Source: Candidatus Poribacteria bacterium (GTDB lineage Bacteria; Poribacteria; WGA-4E; WGA-3G). From it: a stretch of 64,000 bases of DNA. The translations under genes and the position numbers were made by a program. The notes under the pieces were generated by a model. The model was not told the origin of the DNA. It saw only the letters and a program-made list of their open reading frames with translations, and searched no databases. The stretch is taken from NCBI GenBank assembly GCA_963665235.2, contig CAXXLX010000001.1, positions 2,720,001 to 2,784,000 of the forward strand, given 5' to 3'. Of this stretch, positions 10,090-20,687 are shown one piece after another. How positions within the stretch are numbered: position 1 is the stretch's first letter; each line of letters starts with the position of its first letter.

Positions 10090-10938
10090 ATGGAAAAATT
10101 CCCTATTATCGACACACACGTCCATCTATGGCACCCGGAGCAACTCAGGTATCCATGGCTGGCACAGGTCCCAGAACTAAACAAACCCTATCTCCTAAAA
10201 CATTATACCGATGCACATGGCGACCTTGACATTGAGGCGATGGTTTTCGTTCAATGTGATACACACCCCGATGACGGTTTGAAGGAAACCGCATGGGTTA
10301 CCTCACTCTCAATGACAGAGCCCCGTATCCGAGGTATCGTGGCGTGGGCACCGCTTGAGAGGGGCAAACTTGTGGAGCCTTTTGTTGAAAAATTGGCAGA
10401 AAATCCGCTAGTTAAAGGTATCCGCCGCCTCATCCAATCTGAGAACGTTGACTTCTGTATCCAACCCGCATTCGTTGAGGGGGTCAAAACGTTGGCTCAG
10501 CACAATTTAAGTTTTGATATCTGTATTTTTCACCCGCAACTATCAAATGCAACTCGACTTGTGGAACAGTGCCCGAACGTCCAATTCATTTTAGACCATA
10601 TCGGTAAACCGGACATCAAAAATCAGCTGTTTAACCCTTGGAAACAGGAGCTCCGAGTGCTATCGGAATTCCCAAATGTCCATTGCAAAATTTCGGGACT
10701 GACAACCGAGGCTGAGCACGCACAGTGGACACCAGCCGACCTACAGCCTTATATCGCACACGTAATTGACTGCTTCGGTTTCGACCGCGTAATTTACGGA
10801 AGCGACTGGCCCGTCTCTACCCAAGCCACCGATTATCGACGTTGGGTTGATACGTTACAGGAAGCTGTATCCGGCTGTTCTTCGGTAGAGATGACGAATC
10901 TTTTCCGTGATAATGCTGTCAAATTTTATAGGTTGTGA
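10090..10938 (+). CDS. Amidohydrolase_2 family protein (L-fuconolactonase-like)
   Basis: IDTHVH, LDHIGKP, CKISG, YGSDWPV. Confidence 0.85.
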   Translation: MEKFPIIDTHVHLWHPEQLRYPWLAQVPELNKPYLLKHYTDAHGDLDIEAMVFVQCDTHPDDGLKETAWVTSLSMTEPRIRGIVAWAPLERGKLVEPFVEKLAENPLVKGIRRLIQSENVDFCIQPAFVEGVKTLAQHNLSFDICIFHPQLSNATRLVEQCPNVQFILDHIGKPDIKNQLFNPWKQELRVLSEFPNVHCKISGLTTEAEHAQWTPADLQPYIAHVIDCFGFDRVIYGSDWPVSTQATDYRRWVDTLQEAVSGCSSVEMTNLFRDNAVKFYRL

Positions 10939-10959
10939 TGGTTTCCCTTCTTCTCTTGT

Positions 10960-11045
10960 GTAGGAGCGTGCTGTGCACGCGATGTCTCTTATGTAGGAGC
11001 GTGCTGTGCACGCGACCTCTTTTGTAGGAGCGTGCTGTGCACGCG
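10960..11045 (+). repeat. GTAG-family REP-like tandem repeats (3 copies)
   Basis: GTAGGAGCGTGCTGTGCACGCG x3 between convergent genes. Confidence 0.85.
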
Positions 11046-11139
11046 CCCTCTTCTAGTATTCGGGCAATCAGTCCGCTCCTCAAACGAAACAACCCTTTCC
11101 CCCTTCCATTCTTCCATCCTTCCCCTTTCTCTTATTTTG

Positions 11140-13326
11140 CTAACCCCCCGCTTTTACCTCGCGGCGGCGGGGATGCAACACAAATTCCGTGTAACCGTTC
11201 GGCAGTTCACACCCTTTAAAAACTAAATCCAACGCTGCCTGAAAGGCGATGCTCTCGTCGTAATCTGGCGACATATTGCGATAGTTCGGGTCGCCAGCGT
11301 TTTGACTATCAACGACCCTCGCCATCCGTTGGAACGTCTCTGTAACCTGCGCATCCGTAACAATACCGTGGTGCAGCCAATTGGCGATATGTTGACTGGA
11401 AATCCGTAACGTCGCGCGGTCCTCCATCAAACCGACGTTATTAATATCCGGTATCTTTGAGCATCCGATGCCCTGGTCAACCCATCGCACGACGTATCCC
11501 AAGATGCCTTGTGCGTTATTATCTAATTCCCGTTGAATTTCATCGGGAGCTAGCTCACGCTCCTTCAATAGCGGCGGTGTCAACAGTGCTGTCAAACTGG
11601 CCCGTTCCCGAGAAATCAGTTCATCTAAACACTCCGCAACATTGACCTTGTGATAGTGTATCGCATGCAGGGTTGCGGCTGTCGGTGAAGGCACCCAGGC
11701 AGTTGTTGCACCGGCTAACGGATGATTTATCTTTGTCTCAAGCATATCCGTCATCTCATCAGGTTTTGTCCACATACCTTTTCCTATCTGCACAAGCCCC
11801 GGCAATCCCGTTTCAATGCCGACATCCACGTTCCAATTTTCATAAGCAATCATCCACGGTTCATTGCGAATCTCCATTTTGGGAATCATCGGGCCTGCTT
11901 CCATACTGGTATGAATTTCATCGCCGGTTCTGTCCAGAAAACCGGTATTGATAAAGACAAGTCGTTGGGACGCGATACGCAGCACCTCTTTGAGATTGAC
12001 AGTAGTCCGCCGCTCCTCATCCATAATCCCGATTTTGATAGTATTCGGTGCAATCCGCAGTGCCGCCTCTATCCTTTCAAACAACCGAACCGTCATCGCC
12101 ACCTCTTCCGGCCCGTGAAACTTCGGTTTGACTATATAGATGCTGCCAGTTCTGCTATTGGTATACCTGCTTTTTCCTTGCAGGTCGTGCACCGCCGCAA
12201 ACGTTGTCACCATTGCATCCAGGAAACCTTCCGGAATTTCCTCATCATCAGCCGTCGTCACAGCGTCTGTATACATGTGCAACCCGACGTTCCGAATTAG
12301 GAGCAAGCTCCGTCCGGGCAGGGTCAACTCATTTCCGTCTGGTGCGGTGAATGTCTTGTCAGGGACGAGGCATCGCGTCAGGGGTTTCCCATTTTTTTCA
12401 AAGGTTGTCTCTAAAGTGCCTTTCATAATGCCGTTCCAGTTGCTATAGACGCGGCACTTATCCGCAGCATCAACAGCAGCCACAGAGTCTTCGCAATCCT
12501 GAATCGTTGTTATTGCGGCTTCAAGGATAACATCTGCTACGCCTGCCGGATGTGCCTGCCCCACCGGATGCAACCGATTGAGCTGGACCTCAATATGCAA
12601 CCCATTGTTTTGAAACAGCATCGCCGTGAGTTCACCCGTGTCGTTCTGCGTAAAACCGACAAATTTATCCGTATCTGCTAACCCCACCTCACTGCCATTC
12701 TTAAGCGTTGCCTGCACCTGTTGTTTTCCATCAACTGTTTTGAGCGCATACCTTGTAACGTCAGCAAAGTTTCCCGCTTCGAGCGGTATCACCTCATCTA
12801 AAAACTGCTCGGTGTAGGCAATAACTTTCGCCCCGCGGATGGGGTTATAGGTATCGCCCCGGGTAGCCCCATCTGCCTCGCTAATGGCATTCGTCCCGTA
12901 GAGTGCATCGTAAAGACTGCCCCATCGTGCGTTCGTAGCATTTAGGGCATACCGCGCGTTATCTGCTGGCACAACCAATTGCGGGCCCGCAATTAGAGCA
13001 ATCTCCAGATCTACATCCTCTGTCGTCACGACGAAATCTTCACCTTCAGGCACTAAATAACCGATGTCAGTAAGAAATGCCGTATATTCTTCGCTATCTA
13101 TCGGTTCACCTTTCCGTGCTAGATGCCATGCATCCAGTTGTTGCTGAAGTGTATCCCGTTTCTCTAAAAGTGCCCCATTTTCAGGAGCGAATGTATCAAC
13201 AATGTCGCTGAACGCTCTCCAGAACGTTTCCGCTTCGATACCTGTGCCGGGTGCAATCTCATCCCTCACCAGGGCGTATAAACCCGCATCTATCTTAAGA
13301 TTACCGATTTCTATTCGGTTTCCCAT
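11140..13326 (-). CDS. glcB: Malate synthase G
   Basis: [53 protein letters not shown]; start chosen at the ATG after an AGGAG RBS. Confidence 0.95.
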   Translation of the reverse strand: MGNRIEIGNLKIDAGLYALVRDEIAPGTGIEAETFWRAFSDIVDTFAPENGALLEKRDTLQQQLDAWHLARKGEPIDSEEYTAFLTDIGYLVPEGEDFVVTTEDVDLEIALIAGPQLVVPADNARYALNATNARWGSLYDALYGTNAISEADGATRGDTYNPIRGAKVIAYTEQFLDEVIPLEAGNFADVTRYALKTVDGKQQVQATLKNGSEVGLADTDKFVGFTQNDTGELTAMLFQNNGLHIEVQLNRLHPVGQAHPAGVADVILEAAITTIQDCEDSVAAVDAADKCRVYSNWNGIMKGTLETTFEKNGKPLTRCLVPDKTFTAPDGNELTLPGRSLLLIRNVGLHMYTDAVTTADDEEIPEGFLDAMVTTFAAVHDLQGKSRYTNSRTGSIYIVKPKFHGPEEVAMTVRLFERIEAALRIAPNTIKIGIMDEERRTTVNLKEVLRIASQRLVFINTGFLDRTGDEIHTSMEAGPMIPKMEIRNEPWMIAYENWNVDVGIETGLPGLVQIGKGMWTKPDEMTDMLETKINHPLAGATTAWVPSPTAATLHAIHYHKVNVAECLDELISRERASLTALLTPPLLKERELAPDEIQRELDNNAQGILGYVVRWVDQGIGCSKIPDINNVGLMEDRATLRISSQHIANWLHHGIVTDAQVTETFQRMARVVDSQNAGDPNYRNMSPDYDESIAFQAALDLVFKGCELPNGYTEFVLHPRRREVKAGG

Positions 13327-13735
13327 ACCGTTCGTTTCTCCTAATTCTATCCGTTTAATTTCTACTATAGTTTGGACAATATCCGTGAGCCTGATACGGG
13401 GAATATCTTGAACGGTGTTCAATCCCCTCCCCGCTTTCAAAGCATCTCTGATTTTTCTCACTGTTTCTCACACAAGGACAAATAGGAGAAAAATAACCTC
13501 CGATGGGTTTTCCAAAACGTAGTCCCATCGGGGCGGAATGTTTATAGAATGTTGGAAACCGTTGGAAACCGTTGGAAACCTTTAGCAAACGGGTTGTGAT
13601 GCTAAGCATATCTCTGCTGCGCGTCAAAACCCTCTTCCCCGCTTCCACCCTTCCATTCTTCCACCCTTCCATCTATCCGTTTGACAAAAACTTTGTGCCC
13701 CCCTAAAATTGTCCAAAGTTTAGTAATTTCTAACT

Positions 13736-13764
13736 ATCATAACAACAAATTCAATGTGTGTCAA
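13736..13764 (-). promoter_or_regulatory. sigma70-type promoter facing glcB
   Basis: TTGACA-N17-TATGAT on the minus strand. Confidence 0.6.
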
Positions 13765-13932
13765 TTATTTTTTTCGGGGATTGGAAGGGGGGAAGGGGAG
13801 TGCTTAGGGGCCCAAATGCACCGATTATTTTTTCAGAGTGGAAGGGTGGAAGGATGGGAGAGGGGAAGGGGAACGTGTGTTGTCAGAATTGCGGATTATC
13901 GCGGAATACATGGAAGGCTCGGAGGACGGGCC

Positions 13933-15333
13933 GTTTCAATCTTGTAATCGAGCATCTTTTCGTTTCAACTTTTTCTCCAGAACAGCTGCCAATATCGTAC
14001 TATTAAGTTGTTTCAATCTTGTAATCGAGCATCTTTTCGTTTCAACACGGAAAATGTGCGTATTGCGACAAAATCGTCAAAAAGTTTCAATCTCGTAATC
14101 GAGCATCTTTTCGTTTCAACAATGTGCTCGTCGGTGATGATATTGGGACGACCTGGGCGTTTCAATCTCGTAATCGAGCATCTTTTCGTTTCAACGCAAC
14201 GGGCGTGTCAGCGATTACCACTGCATAGTTTCAATCTCGTAATCGAGCATCTTTTCGTTTCAACCAGGAATGGCGATTTTGTGGCTGCTCTCAAGTTATG
14301 TTTCAATCTCGTAATCGAGCATCTTTTCGTTTCAACTCTAATGACTTTGCCACCCCTTCAAACCTATTCAAGTTTCAATCTCGTAATCGAGCATCTTTTC
14401 GTTTCAACAAATAAAAGTCCATATAGAGGCAAGGGGTTATAGCGGGTTTCAATCTCGTAATCGAGCATCTTTTCGTTTCAACACAAATCCAAGCTTCCGA
14501 GGCTGGATAAAGAATTATTTACGTTTCAATCTCGTAATCGAGCATCTTTTCGTTTCAACTTTCCGCCTTTCCAGTTCTCCATGTAGTGGTGGAGGCGGGC
14601 TATCCTCTGTTTCAATCTCGTAATCGAGCATCTTTTCGTTTCAACACATTTTTAAACGTGCACTCGGATACCACATCGGAAGTTTCAATCTCGTAATCGA
14701 GCATCTTTTCGTTTCAACGGAAAATGGTATTCTTTCTGAAAATCAAACAATCGCTTTGGTGTTTCAATCTCGTAATCGAGCATCTTTTCGTTTCAACAGA
14801 GAATCCTAAATAGCAACATAACCAAAATTGTGCGTTTCAATCTCGTAATCGAGCATCTTTTCGTTTCAACCCTTACGCGCTGAAGGAATTATCATGACTA
14901 AGAAACTCCAGTTTCAATCTCGTAATCGAGCATCTTTTCGTTTCAACTCTTTGCGTCTTATTTCTTAGGGGAGTATATCCATGGTTTCAATCTCGTAATC
15001 GAGCATCTTTTCGTTTCAACGTGTTATGTAGGTCACCATAATTCCCCGTCAACAAGTTATTCGCGTTTCAATCTCGTAATCGAGCATCTTTTCGTTTCAA
15101 CCATCCATGAAGACTTATGGAAGGAGTGTCCACAGCTTGTCAAGTTTCAATCTCGTAATCGAGCATCTTTTCGTTTCAACAGAAACGAGGCAGCGTCTGA
15201 TAGATGCTCACTTCTTAAGTTTCAATCTCGTAATCGAGCATCTTTTCGTTTCAACTTAAATGAAGCGGGGGGCCAAAGCCCCCCGTCTCGGATGTAGTTT
15301 CAATCTCGTAATCGAGCATCTTTTCGTTTCAAC
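13933..15333 (-). CRISPR. CRISPR array, 19 repeats of 37 bp and 18 spacers (32-49 bp)
   Basis: Repeat on the minus strand GTTGAAACGAAAAGATGCTCGATTACGAGATTGAAAC (ATTGAAAC handle, CTCG/CGAG hairpin); the two leftmost repeats carry a substitution, marking the trailer end. Confidence 0.99.
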
Positions 15334-15552
15334 AGCCCGCGTTTTCAACCCTTACCGTACATAGCATGAAAGACCGCATTTCTGTGAGCGGCACTTTTTC
15401 CCGCAACAGAAATTGCCAAAAATAGGTAAATGAACATTTCAAGCCATAGTCCATAAGGGTTCAACCCCTTCTGTGAGGGTCTAGGGTTTTTCGGTCCGCT
15501 TTCGCTCACAGAATTCATTTTAAAGTTTACACTATGCAGAATTATTTGTCAA
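15334..15552 (-). promoter_or_regulatory. CRISPR leader with promoter
   Basis: TTGACA-N17-TAAACT at 15552-15524; TTCTGTGAG motif at 15380 and 15469, inverted at about 15503-15513. Confidence 0.75.
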
Positions 15553-15609
15553 CCTCTTTTTTCGGAATTGGTATTCGGTTTGTGCACAAGGTTTACCAAT
15601 GTTTACTTA

Positions 15610-15638
15610 ATTATACACCATATAGTTCTGTTTGTCAA
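15610..15638 (-). promoter_or_regulatory. Perfect-consensus sigma70 promoter facing the array
   Basis: TTGACA-N17-TATAAT. Confidence 0.7.
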
Positions 15639-15681
15639 ATTTTTTTCGGAATTGGGTGCGTAAAGTTTTTGTACAAACCCG

Positions 15682-16350
15682 GTGTAAATGTTACACTTTT
15701 GACACAAAGTGTAACATTTGGTTTTGGGTATTGAATGTGCGTGAACGCCCGCCCCGTCTATGTTTGTAAGCCATTTACACATCTCTTTTTCGCAATAGGA
15801 AAAAAATGAGTTGTGTCATATTGAGTGCCGGTTTTCGGGTATCAGTTCTGCGGACTTTTCGGACTGTTCTGCCTCATATTTTTTTGTGCTATTTGTGTGT
15901 AAATGTTACACTTTTGACACAAAGTGTAACATTTGGTTTTGGGTATTGAATGTGCGTGAACGCCCGCCCCGTCTATGTTTGTAAGCGGTTTTACCCTCTC
16001 TTTTTCGCGACACAAAAAAAACGGTTTGTGTCATTTCGACCGCCGATTTCGGGTATCAGTTCTGCGGACTTTTCTTGTCGTTCTGACTCCTACTTTTTTG
16101 TGCTATTTGTGTGCATAAGTTACACTTTTGACACAAAGTGTAACTTATGGTTCTCGGTGTTGCCTGTGCACAAACGCCCGCCCCGTCTATGTTTGTAAGC
16201 GGTTTTACCCTCTCTTTTTCGCGACACAAAAAAACGCGTTGTGTCATTTCGACTGCGGTTTTCGGGTATCTGTGCTGCGGACTTTTTTTAGGGTTCTGCC
16301 TCCTATTTTTTGATGCGGTTTGTGTGCATAAGTTACACTTTCGACACAAA
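15682..16350. repeat. ~214 bp tandem repeat (3 full copies plus 1 partial), each with a 14-bp inverted repeat
   Basis: Dyad AAATGTTACACTTT-tgacac-AAAGTGTAACATTT at 15686 and 15901, variant at 16115, half copy at 16328. Confidence 0.9.
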
Positions 16351-16551
16351 CGCTATCGGTGTCCAATCCGGTGAGTTGCAAAACGCACCGCTTGCCTCCC
16401 AAAAATGTTTTGGGGTGCTGTTATATTAGTTGCGAACTGTTTGATTTTTCTTCATAAAAAATATCGCAGACGTACAAAAACTTTACACACCCTCGGAATT
16501 CGGAATTGGTATTCGGTTTGTGCACAAGATTCTGCCAGTATCCCCTTAATT

Positions 16552-16824
16552 TTACACTATATAGTTCCGTTTGTCAAGCTCTTTTTTTACGCCTATGCGT
16601 TTAATCTGTTTTTCACAGGTTGCACAGAGATGATAAAAGATTATCGTATCTTCGCTGAGCTCAATGGCTTTCTCCAATCGGTTTTGCAATCGCAGAAATG
16701 CGCGCCGATCGGTGTTACATTCAAAGACGCTGTATTGGACACGCGTTCCAAAGTCCTTCAGAATTTTAGAGACTCTGTTTCGGCGTTTGTCATCGGTAAT
16801 ATCGTAAGCAACCGTATAATGCAT
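16552..16824 (-). CDS. cas2: CRISPR-associated endoribonuclease Cas2
   Basis: VAYDITDDKRR...RVQYSVFEC; AGGAGG RBS. Confidence 0.95.
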   Translation of the reverse strand: MHYTVAYDITDDKRRNRVSKILKDFGTRVQYSVFECNTDRRAFLRLQNRLEKAIELSEDTIIFYHLCATCEKQIKRIGVKKELDKRNYIV

Positions 16825-16887
16825 TGGCAATGCCTCCTTTTTTCAATCTTCGTAGGATTATTTTATTCGGGGTTTACCTATATAGGG

Positions 16888-17020
16888 TATCGCGTGCCCA
16901 GCCCGCTCCTACATAAGAATATCGCGTGCCCAGCACACTCCTACATAAGAGGATGTCGCGTGCCCAGCACACTCCTACATAAGAGGATGTCGCGTGCCCA
17001 GCCCGCTCCTACATAAGAGG
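16888..17020 (-). repeat. GTAG-family REP-like tandem repeats (4 copies) between cas6 and cas2
   Basis: tcgcgtgcccagc(c/a)c(g/a)ctcctac x4. Confidence 0.85.
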
Positions 17021-17173
17021 AGATTGTAATCTTTCCCCCTTCCAGCCTTTCCCCCTTCCAGCCTTCCCCCCTTCCAGCCTTCCAATCTTCCACTGTGTGG
17101 AGAACAAGGCCGTAACCGAAGTGTTGACCTTCCCCCCTTCCACTCTTCCACCCTTCCAATCTTACACTTCCCT

Positions 17174-18007
17174 TCACTCGATTCGCCTTGTCTGGCCCAT
17201 CCCCATCGTTGTTTTGTAGCCCGTACCGCAGTAGAACGCGAAATCTGCCAAACAGTTGACTGCCCGGAGTATCTCCAGATTGAGCGAATCTTCGGGATAG
17301 AACACACATGCACAGGTGCCGACCTGTCCGGTTACAGCATGTTTTCCGTAGTCGAGTCTCTTTGATTCTGCTCTGACGTTCGTTACCTGTCCATGTTCAT
17401 CAACGAAGTCGAGGATTTCAGATTTGTCGAGCTGTATAGGTGAAAAGGCGTTCCATTTGTTAACCCAGCTCCGATAACATCGGACAAGGTCGATGTAAGC
17501 ATCGTTCGATGTTTTCTCTCCTTTCGGTGTGAGTCGGCGAAATGCCGTGGGAGAATAGAATCGGAACGACATCCGTGTATCGGTTTTTGCGGATTCAATG
17601 AGTTCGGCGTATGTCGTACTTCCGCTCCAACTTTGGTCCTCTGTTGCGTGTGACGTGAGCTGTTTTACCTGAAATACTGCATCGTCACCTAACCGAATGG
17701 GTGGCATTGTGGGTGTCAAAAAGGCTTTCCCGAAGTGTTGAAATAACTCGTCATCAAGGAAGGTGTATCGGAGTTTGCACTCGGTGCCTGCCGTGATGTG
17801 CAGTCGATTGCCGCGTTTTTTTACTTTGCCGAGCAGCGGTGAGACGGTAAACGGTTTTTGTGATGCATGTGCATGTACCGCTGTGGCGACTTCGGGATTG
17901 CTCTGTTTGAGTATGGCGAGAAATGCGGCGTGTGCATGGTGTCCCATTGTGGGTCGCAGCGTGACATCGGTTGGCGGGATGAGTGATATGAGTGTGCTAA
18001 TGGGCAT
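17174..18007 (-). CDS. cas6: CRISPR precursor RNA processing endoribonuclease Cas6
   Basis: KPFTVSPL, FYSPTAF, G-rich loop AFYCGTGYKTTMGMG. Confidence 0.93.
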   Translation of the reverse strand: MPISTLISLIPPTDVTLRPTMGHHAHAAFLAILKQSNPEVATAVHAHASQKPFTVSPLLGKVKKRGNRLHITAGTECKLRYTFLDDELFQHFGKAFLTPTMPPIRLGDDAVFQVKQLTSHATEDQSWSGSTTYAELIESAKTDTRMSFRFYSPTAFRRLTPKGEKTSNDAYIDLVRCYRSWVNKWNAFSPIQLDKSEILDFVDEHGQVTNVRAESKRLDYGKHAVTGQVGTCACVFYPEDSLNLEILRAVNCLADFAFYCGTGYKTTMGMGQTRRIE

Positions 18008-18024
18008 GTGCGGGTCTCCTTTCC

Positions 18025-19917
18025 TTAATCAATGTTCAAAAGGCTCAACTGTTCTCCTTTTTCTGGAACGGGCTCGATAGGTTTCTCTGGTTTTGGGCGT
18101 TCTGTCCCAATTGGTTCTGTAGGGGGACGTTGTATTTCATCTTCCGACTGCGGTTTTTCGAAGTCCTTCAAATAATGCAACCGAATTTCCTTAGGCTTGT
18201 CGTCTTTATCGGTTGTGTGATAAACAAATTTTTGCCGGTACCCGCTTGTGCCACGGTTTTCAAACACTTTGGGCGGGACGATATAGCCTAACTCTTCACA
18301 AAAGTAAGATTCTGGAACTTCAACAAAGAGTTCTTTAGAATAGATGCTTCCACCCCAGTTAAGCTGAACAAATTTGAATTTCTTATCACGTTCGTCATAA
18401 GACCGATGGTATACCTTGAAGTCTGGGTTTACAGACTCATCCCTATCTTCGTCTTTCCAAGCGATACAACTGCGGATAGAGACACTCACAGCGTTTTCTG
18501 GTGGGTGGTTATCAGACTCCTGTGGCACTTTGGTTGTGAGGGTTAGCGAGGGTTCAAAACTCCGTGTAATGACAATCCCTCTATCGTGCAAAGGTTTGTT
18601 TTCAAGACGTGCCTCATAGACGTATTCATACAACATATCAAAGAGCACTTCTGCCCTATAGTCGGAATGTGGTGCGTATTCCATGAGTGAAAGGATGTCG
18701 CCCGGGTTGAAGTTGCCACCACTCTGCTGCTGCAATTTCTCAAGATATTCCTCTGTTTTCTCTTCTGAAAGAATAGAGAGAAATGCGGGAATTTTGTCAC
18801 CTACAACGACGATTTCTGCGTTAGGAATTTTCCCCTTGCGATTGCACCGTCCTGCGCGTTGGATGAGCGAATCAGGATTACACAATTCTGTGATAAGCAG
18901 ATCCGCGTCAAGGTCACATCCCACCTCAATTGCACTCGTCGTGAAAAGCAGGTAACCTTCTTTGTTGCGTTCACGTTCCTTTAGTTTACGATAGATTTTC
19001 TTACGTTGTGAATTGGTAAGTCGACCGTGGTAGAGAAAAATGTTTTCCCCGCCGTTGTGCTTTTTCATATACTGGTAAACCGGAATGAGATTCTCAATCG
19101 TTTCGATAGTGACAATAGTCCGCTTATCTGGCTCGTAGTGCTTAGAGGCATAGGCACAGATTTCGTTTCTAACCTCTTTCCGCTTGGCAGCAATATGCTG
19201 AATCGCCTTATTTGGAAAGGGTCTATTCTGGTATTCCGCGAGGTTTTCCTGATTATTCCCTGTGGTATAGTCAATTGTATCTAGGAAATCCAGTCCATTT
19301 TGATATGTATCGGGCATCGTTGCTGTCATAACGACCATATCGAGATTGGCTTTGTAAAGTGCCTTGATAAGACGTTCAAAATTGACAAACGCAACGCCAT
19401 CATAAGAGTGGGCCTCATCAAAACAGAAAAGATTCCTGCGTTGACCGCTATGGTGAATCCGAAACGGGTAGATATAAGACTTCTTAGGTTCACCAAATCC
19501 GAAAAATCGGTACAGGAATTTGTCAAACGTTGTAAGGATCACATCGCCATCGTAGAGGTGCCGTTTCCCCTCTGGTAGTGCTTTGCCCTCCTTAAAAACA
19601 GTGCGAACAGACTCTACGCCGGTGTCGATAACAAGGGTATGAGACTTGTCTGTCTTTTCGGAGGCCCGCTGGAGGTATTCTTCGCACCGCTCAATCTGAT
19701 CGTCAACGAGGCTGCGTGAAGGAAAGATAAGGAAAAGTCGACGACAGGACTCAAGGCTTGGGATAAGAACAGCCTCCGTTTTTCCGCTACCAGTGGGTGC
19801 TTTGAGCAGAAGTGCAGGATTCTTGCCTTCTGTCTCGATGTGAGTAAAAAGTTCTTCTTGCATCGGATTTGGATTGAACTTTGTGAACTGTTGATATGCC
19901 GCTATTTTGCTGGACAT
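18025..19917 (-). CDS. cas3: Cas3' helicase (no HD domain)
   Basis: APTGSGKT, FDEAH, MTATMP, YHGRL, TSAIEVGCD, QRAGRCNR; AAGGAG RBS before MSSK. Confidence 0.9.
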   Translation of the reverse strand: MSSKIAAYQQFTKFNPNPMQEELFTHIETEGKNPALLLKAPTGSGKTEAVLIPSLESCRRLFLIFPSRSLVDDQIERCEEYLQRASEKTDKSHTLVIDTGVESVRTVFKEGKALPEGKRHLYDGDVILTTFDKFLYRFFGFGEPKKSYIYPFRIHHSGQRRNLFCFDEAHSYDGVAFVNFERLIKALYKANLDMVVMTATMPDTYQNGLDFLDTIDYTTGNNQENLAEYQNRPFPNKAIQHIAAKRKEVRNEICAYASKHYEPDKRTIVTIETIENLIPVYQYMKKHNGGENIFLYHGRLTNSQRKKIYRKLKERERNKEGYLLFTTSAIEVGCDLDADLLITELCNPDSLIQRAGRCNRKGKIPNAEIVVVGDKIPAFLSILSEEKTEEYLEKLQQQSGGNFNPGDILSLMEYAPHSDYRAEVLFDMLYEYVYEARLENKPLHDRGIVITRSFEPSLTLTTKVPQESDNHPPENAVSVSIRSCIAWKDEDRDESVNPDFKVYHRSYDERDKKFKFVQLNWGGSIYSKELFVEVPESYFCEELGYIVPPKVFENRGTSGYRQKFVYHTTDKDDKPKEIRLHYLKDFEKPQSEDEIQRPPTEPIGTERPKPEKPIEPVPEKGEQLSLLNID

Positions 19918-20687
19918 AAAATCATCTCCTTTTGTCGACAATCTGTATATTGGGGAGCGTATTCAAGCATCTCCTTTAACTTCCTTAACCGCTGTGCCGG
20001 ATTTTCCGATTCCAAATCAACTGCGATTTCCTTCTGTTCTTTAGTGCCGATTTCCCATTCGTAGTATTTCATCGGCAAAACGATATCCGAGTCTGTACCG
20101 AAAGGATCAAACGGTTCGACTTCAATTTTGCCATCTTTTCTCATTCGGGAATGGAAATCCATGAACACACGCGGTTGCGGCTCACCGGTGAACGCGTAGG
20201 TTTCAATCTCTGCTTCAATTTGGTCGCACATTTCCAACGTGTACAGATCTATCGGAAAATTATCAGCAAACTCGGCATACTCCCCATCATTTTTTAACTC
20301 TGCTACTGCTTTTGCAATACCTTCTACCGAAAATTCGTGATGAAGTCGAATAAGTAATTCAACATATCGATTGTCATCGGAAACTCTAAAACGGTGCCCA
20401 GCGAAGGAGTACGCTAAACATTTTTCTGCCCCTTGTTTAGTGTCACGATATAGGACGCGAAACGTGATTGGTTTGGCATTGTCATGCTTTTGAGCAGCAC
20501 GGATTAGCCATTCACGGGTTTTGCTGCAATCAACTTTGAAATGTTTGGGATTAAATCGCTTTACTAATTGGACAACATTTCCGACGTGGCTTTCTAAGCT
20601 CAGAGCAGTGACCCTCTTTAGGTTAGGGCCAACCTTCGGGTGAAAGAAAACACGACCGATGTTAATTGCATCATTCTTTTCAGCCAT
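19902..20687 (-). CDS. Stand-alone Cas3'' HD nuclease
   Basis: LESHV...KHDNAK...FAGH...LHH...EMCD HD-type residues, adjacent to cas3'. Confidence 0.75.
   Translation of the reverse strand: MAEKNDAINIGRVFFHPKVGPNLKRVTALSLESHVGNVVQLVKRFNPKHFKVDCSKTREWLIRAAQKHDNAKPITFRVLYRDTKQGAEKCLAYSFAGHRFRVSDDNRYVELLIRLHHEFSVEGIAKAVAELKNDGEYAEFADNFPIDLYTLEMCDQIEAEIETYAFTGEPQPRVFMDFHSRMRKDGKIEVEPFDPFGTDSDIVLPMKYYEWEIGTKEQKEIAVDLESENPAQRLRKLKEMLEYAPQYTDCRQKEMILCPAK

Noticed and set aside
13327-13461. 45-aa N-terminal extension of malate synthase G in the ORF track
   Set aside because: Homology and an RBS point to the ATG at 13326; the extension runs through intergenic repeat-like sequence.
13758-14442. ORFs overlapping the CRISPR array
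   Set aside because: They are translations of the repeat (FNLVIEHLFVST), not genes.
14871-14910. Spacer sharing CTGAAGGAATTAT with the WYL gene near 25331
   Set aside because: Only 13 nt match with divergent flanks; compatible with chance, so not called self-targeting.
15950-17313. Several ORFs in the 214-bp repeats, antisense to cas2 and over REP tracts
   Set aside because: Low-complexity, repeat-derived or shadow ORFs without RBS or recognisable motifs.
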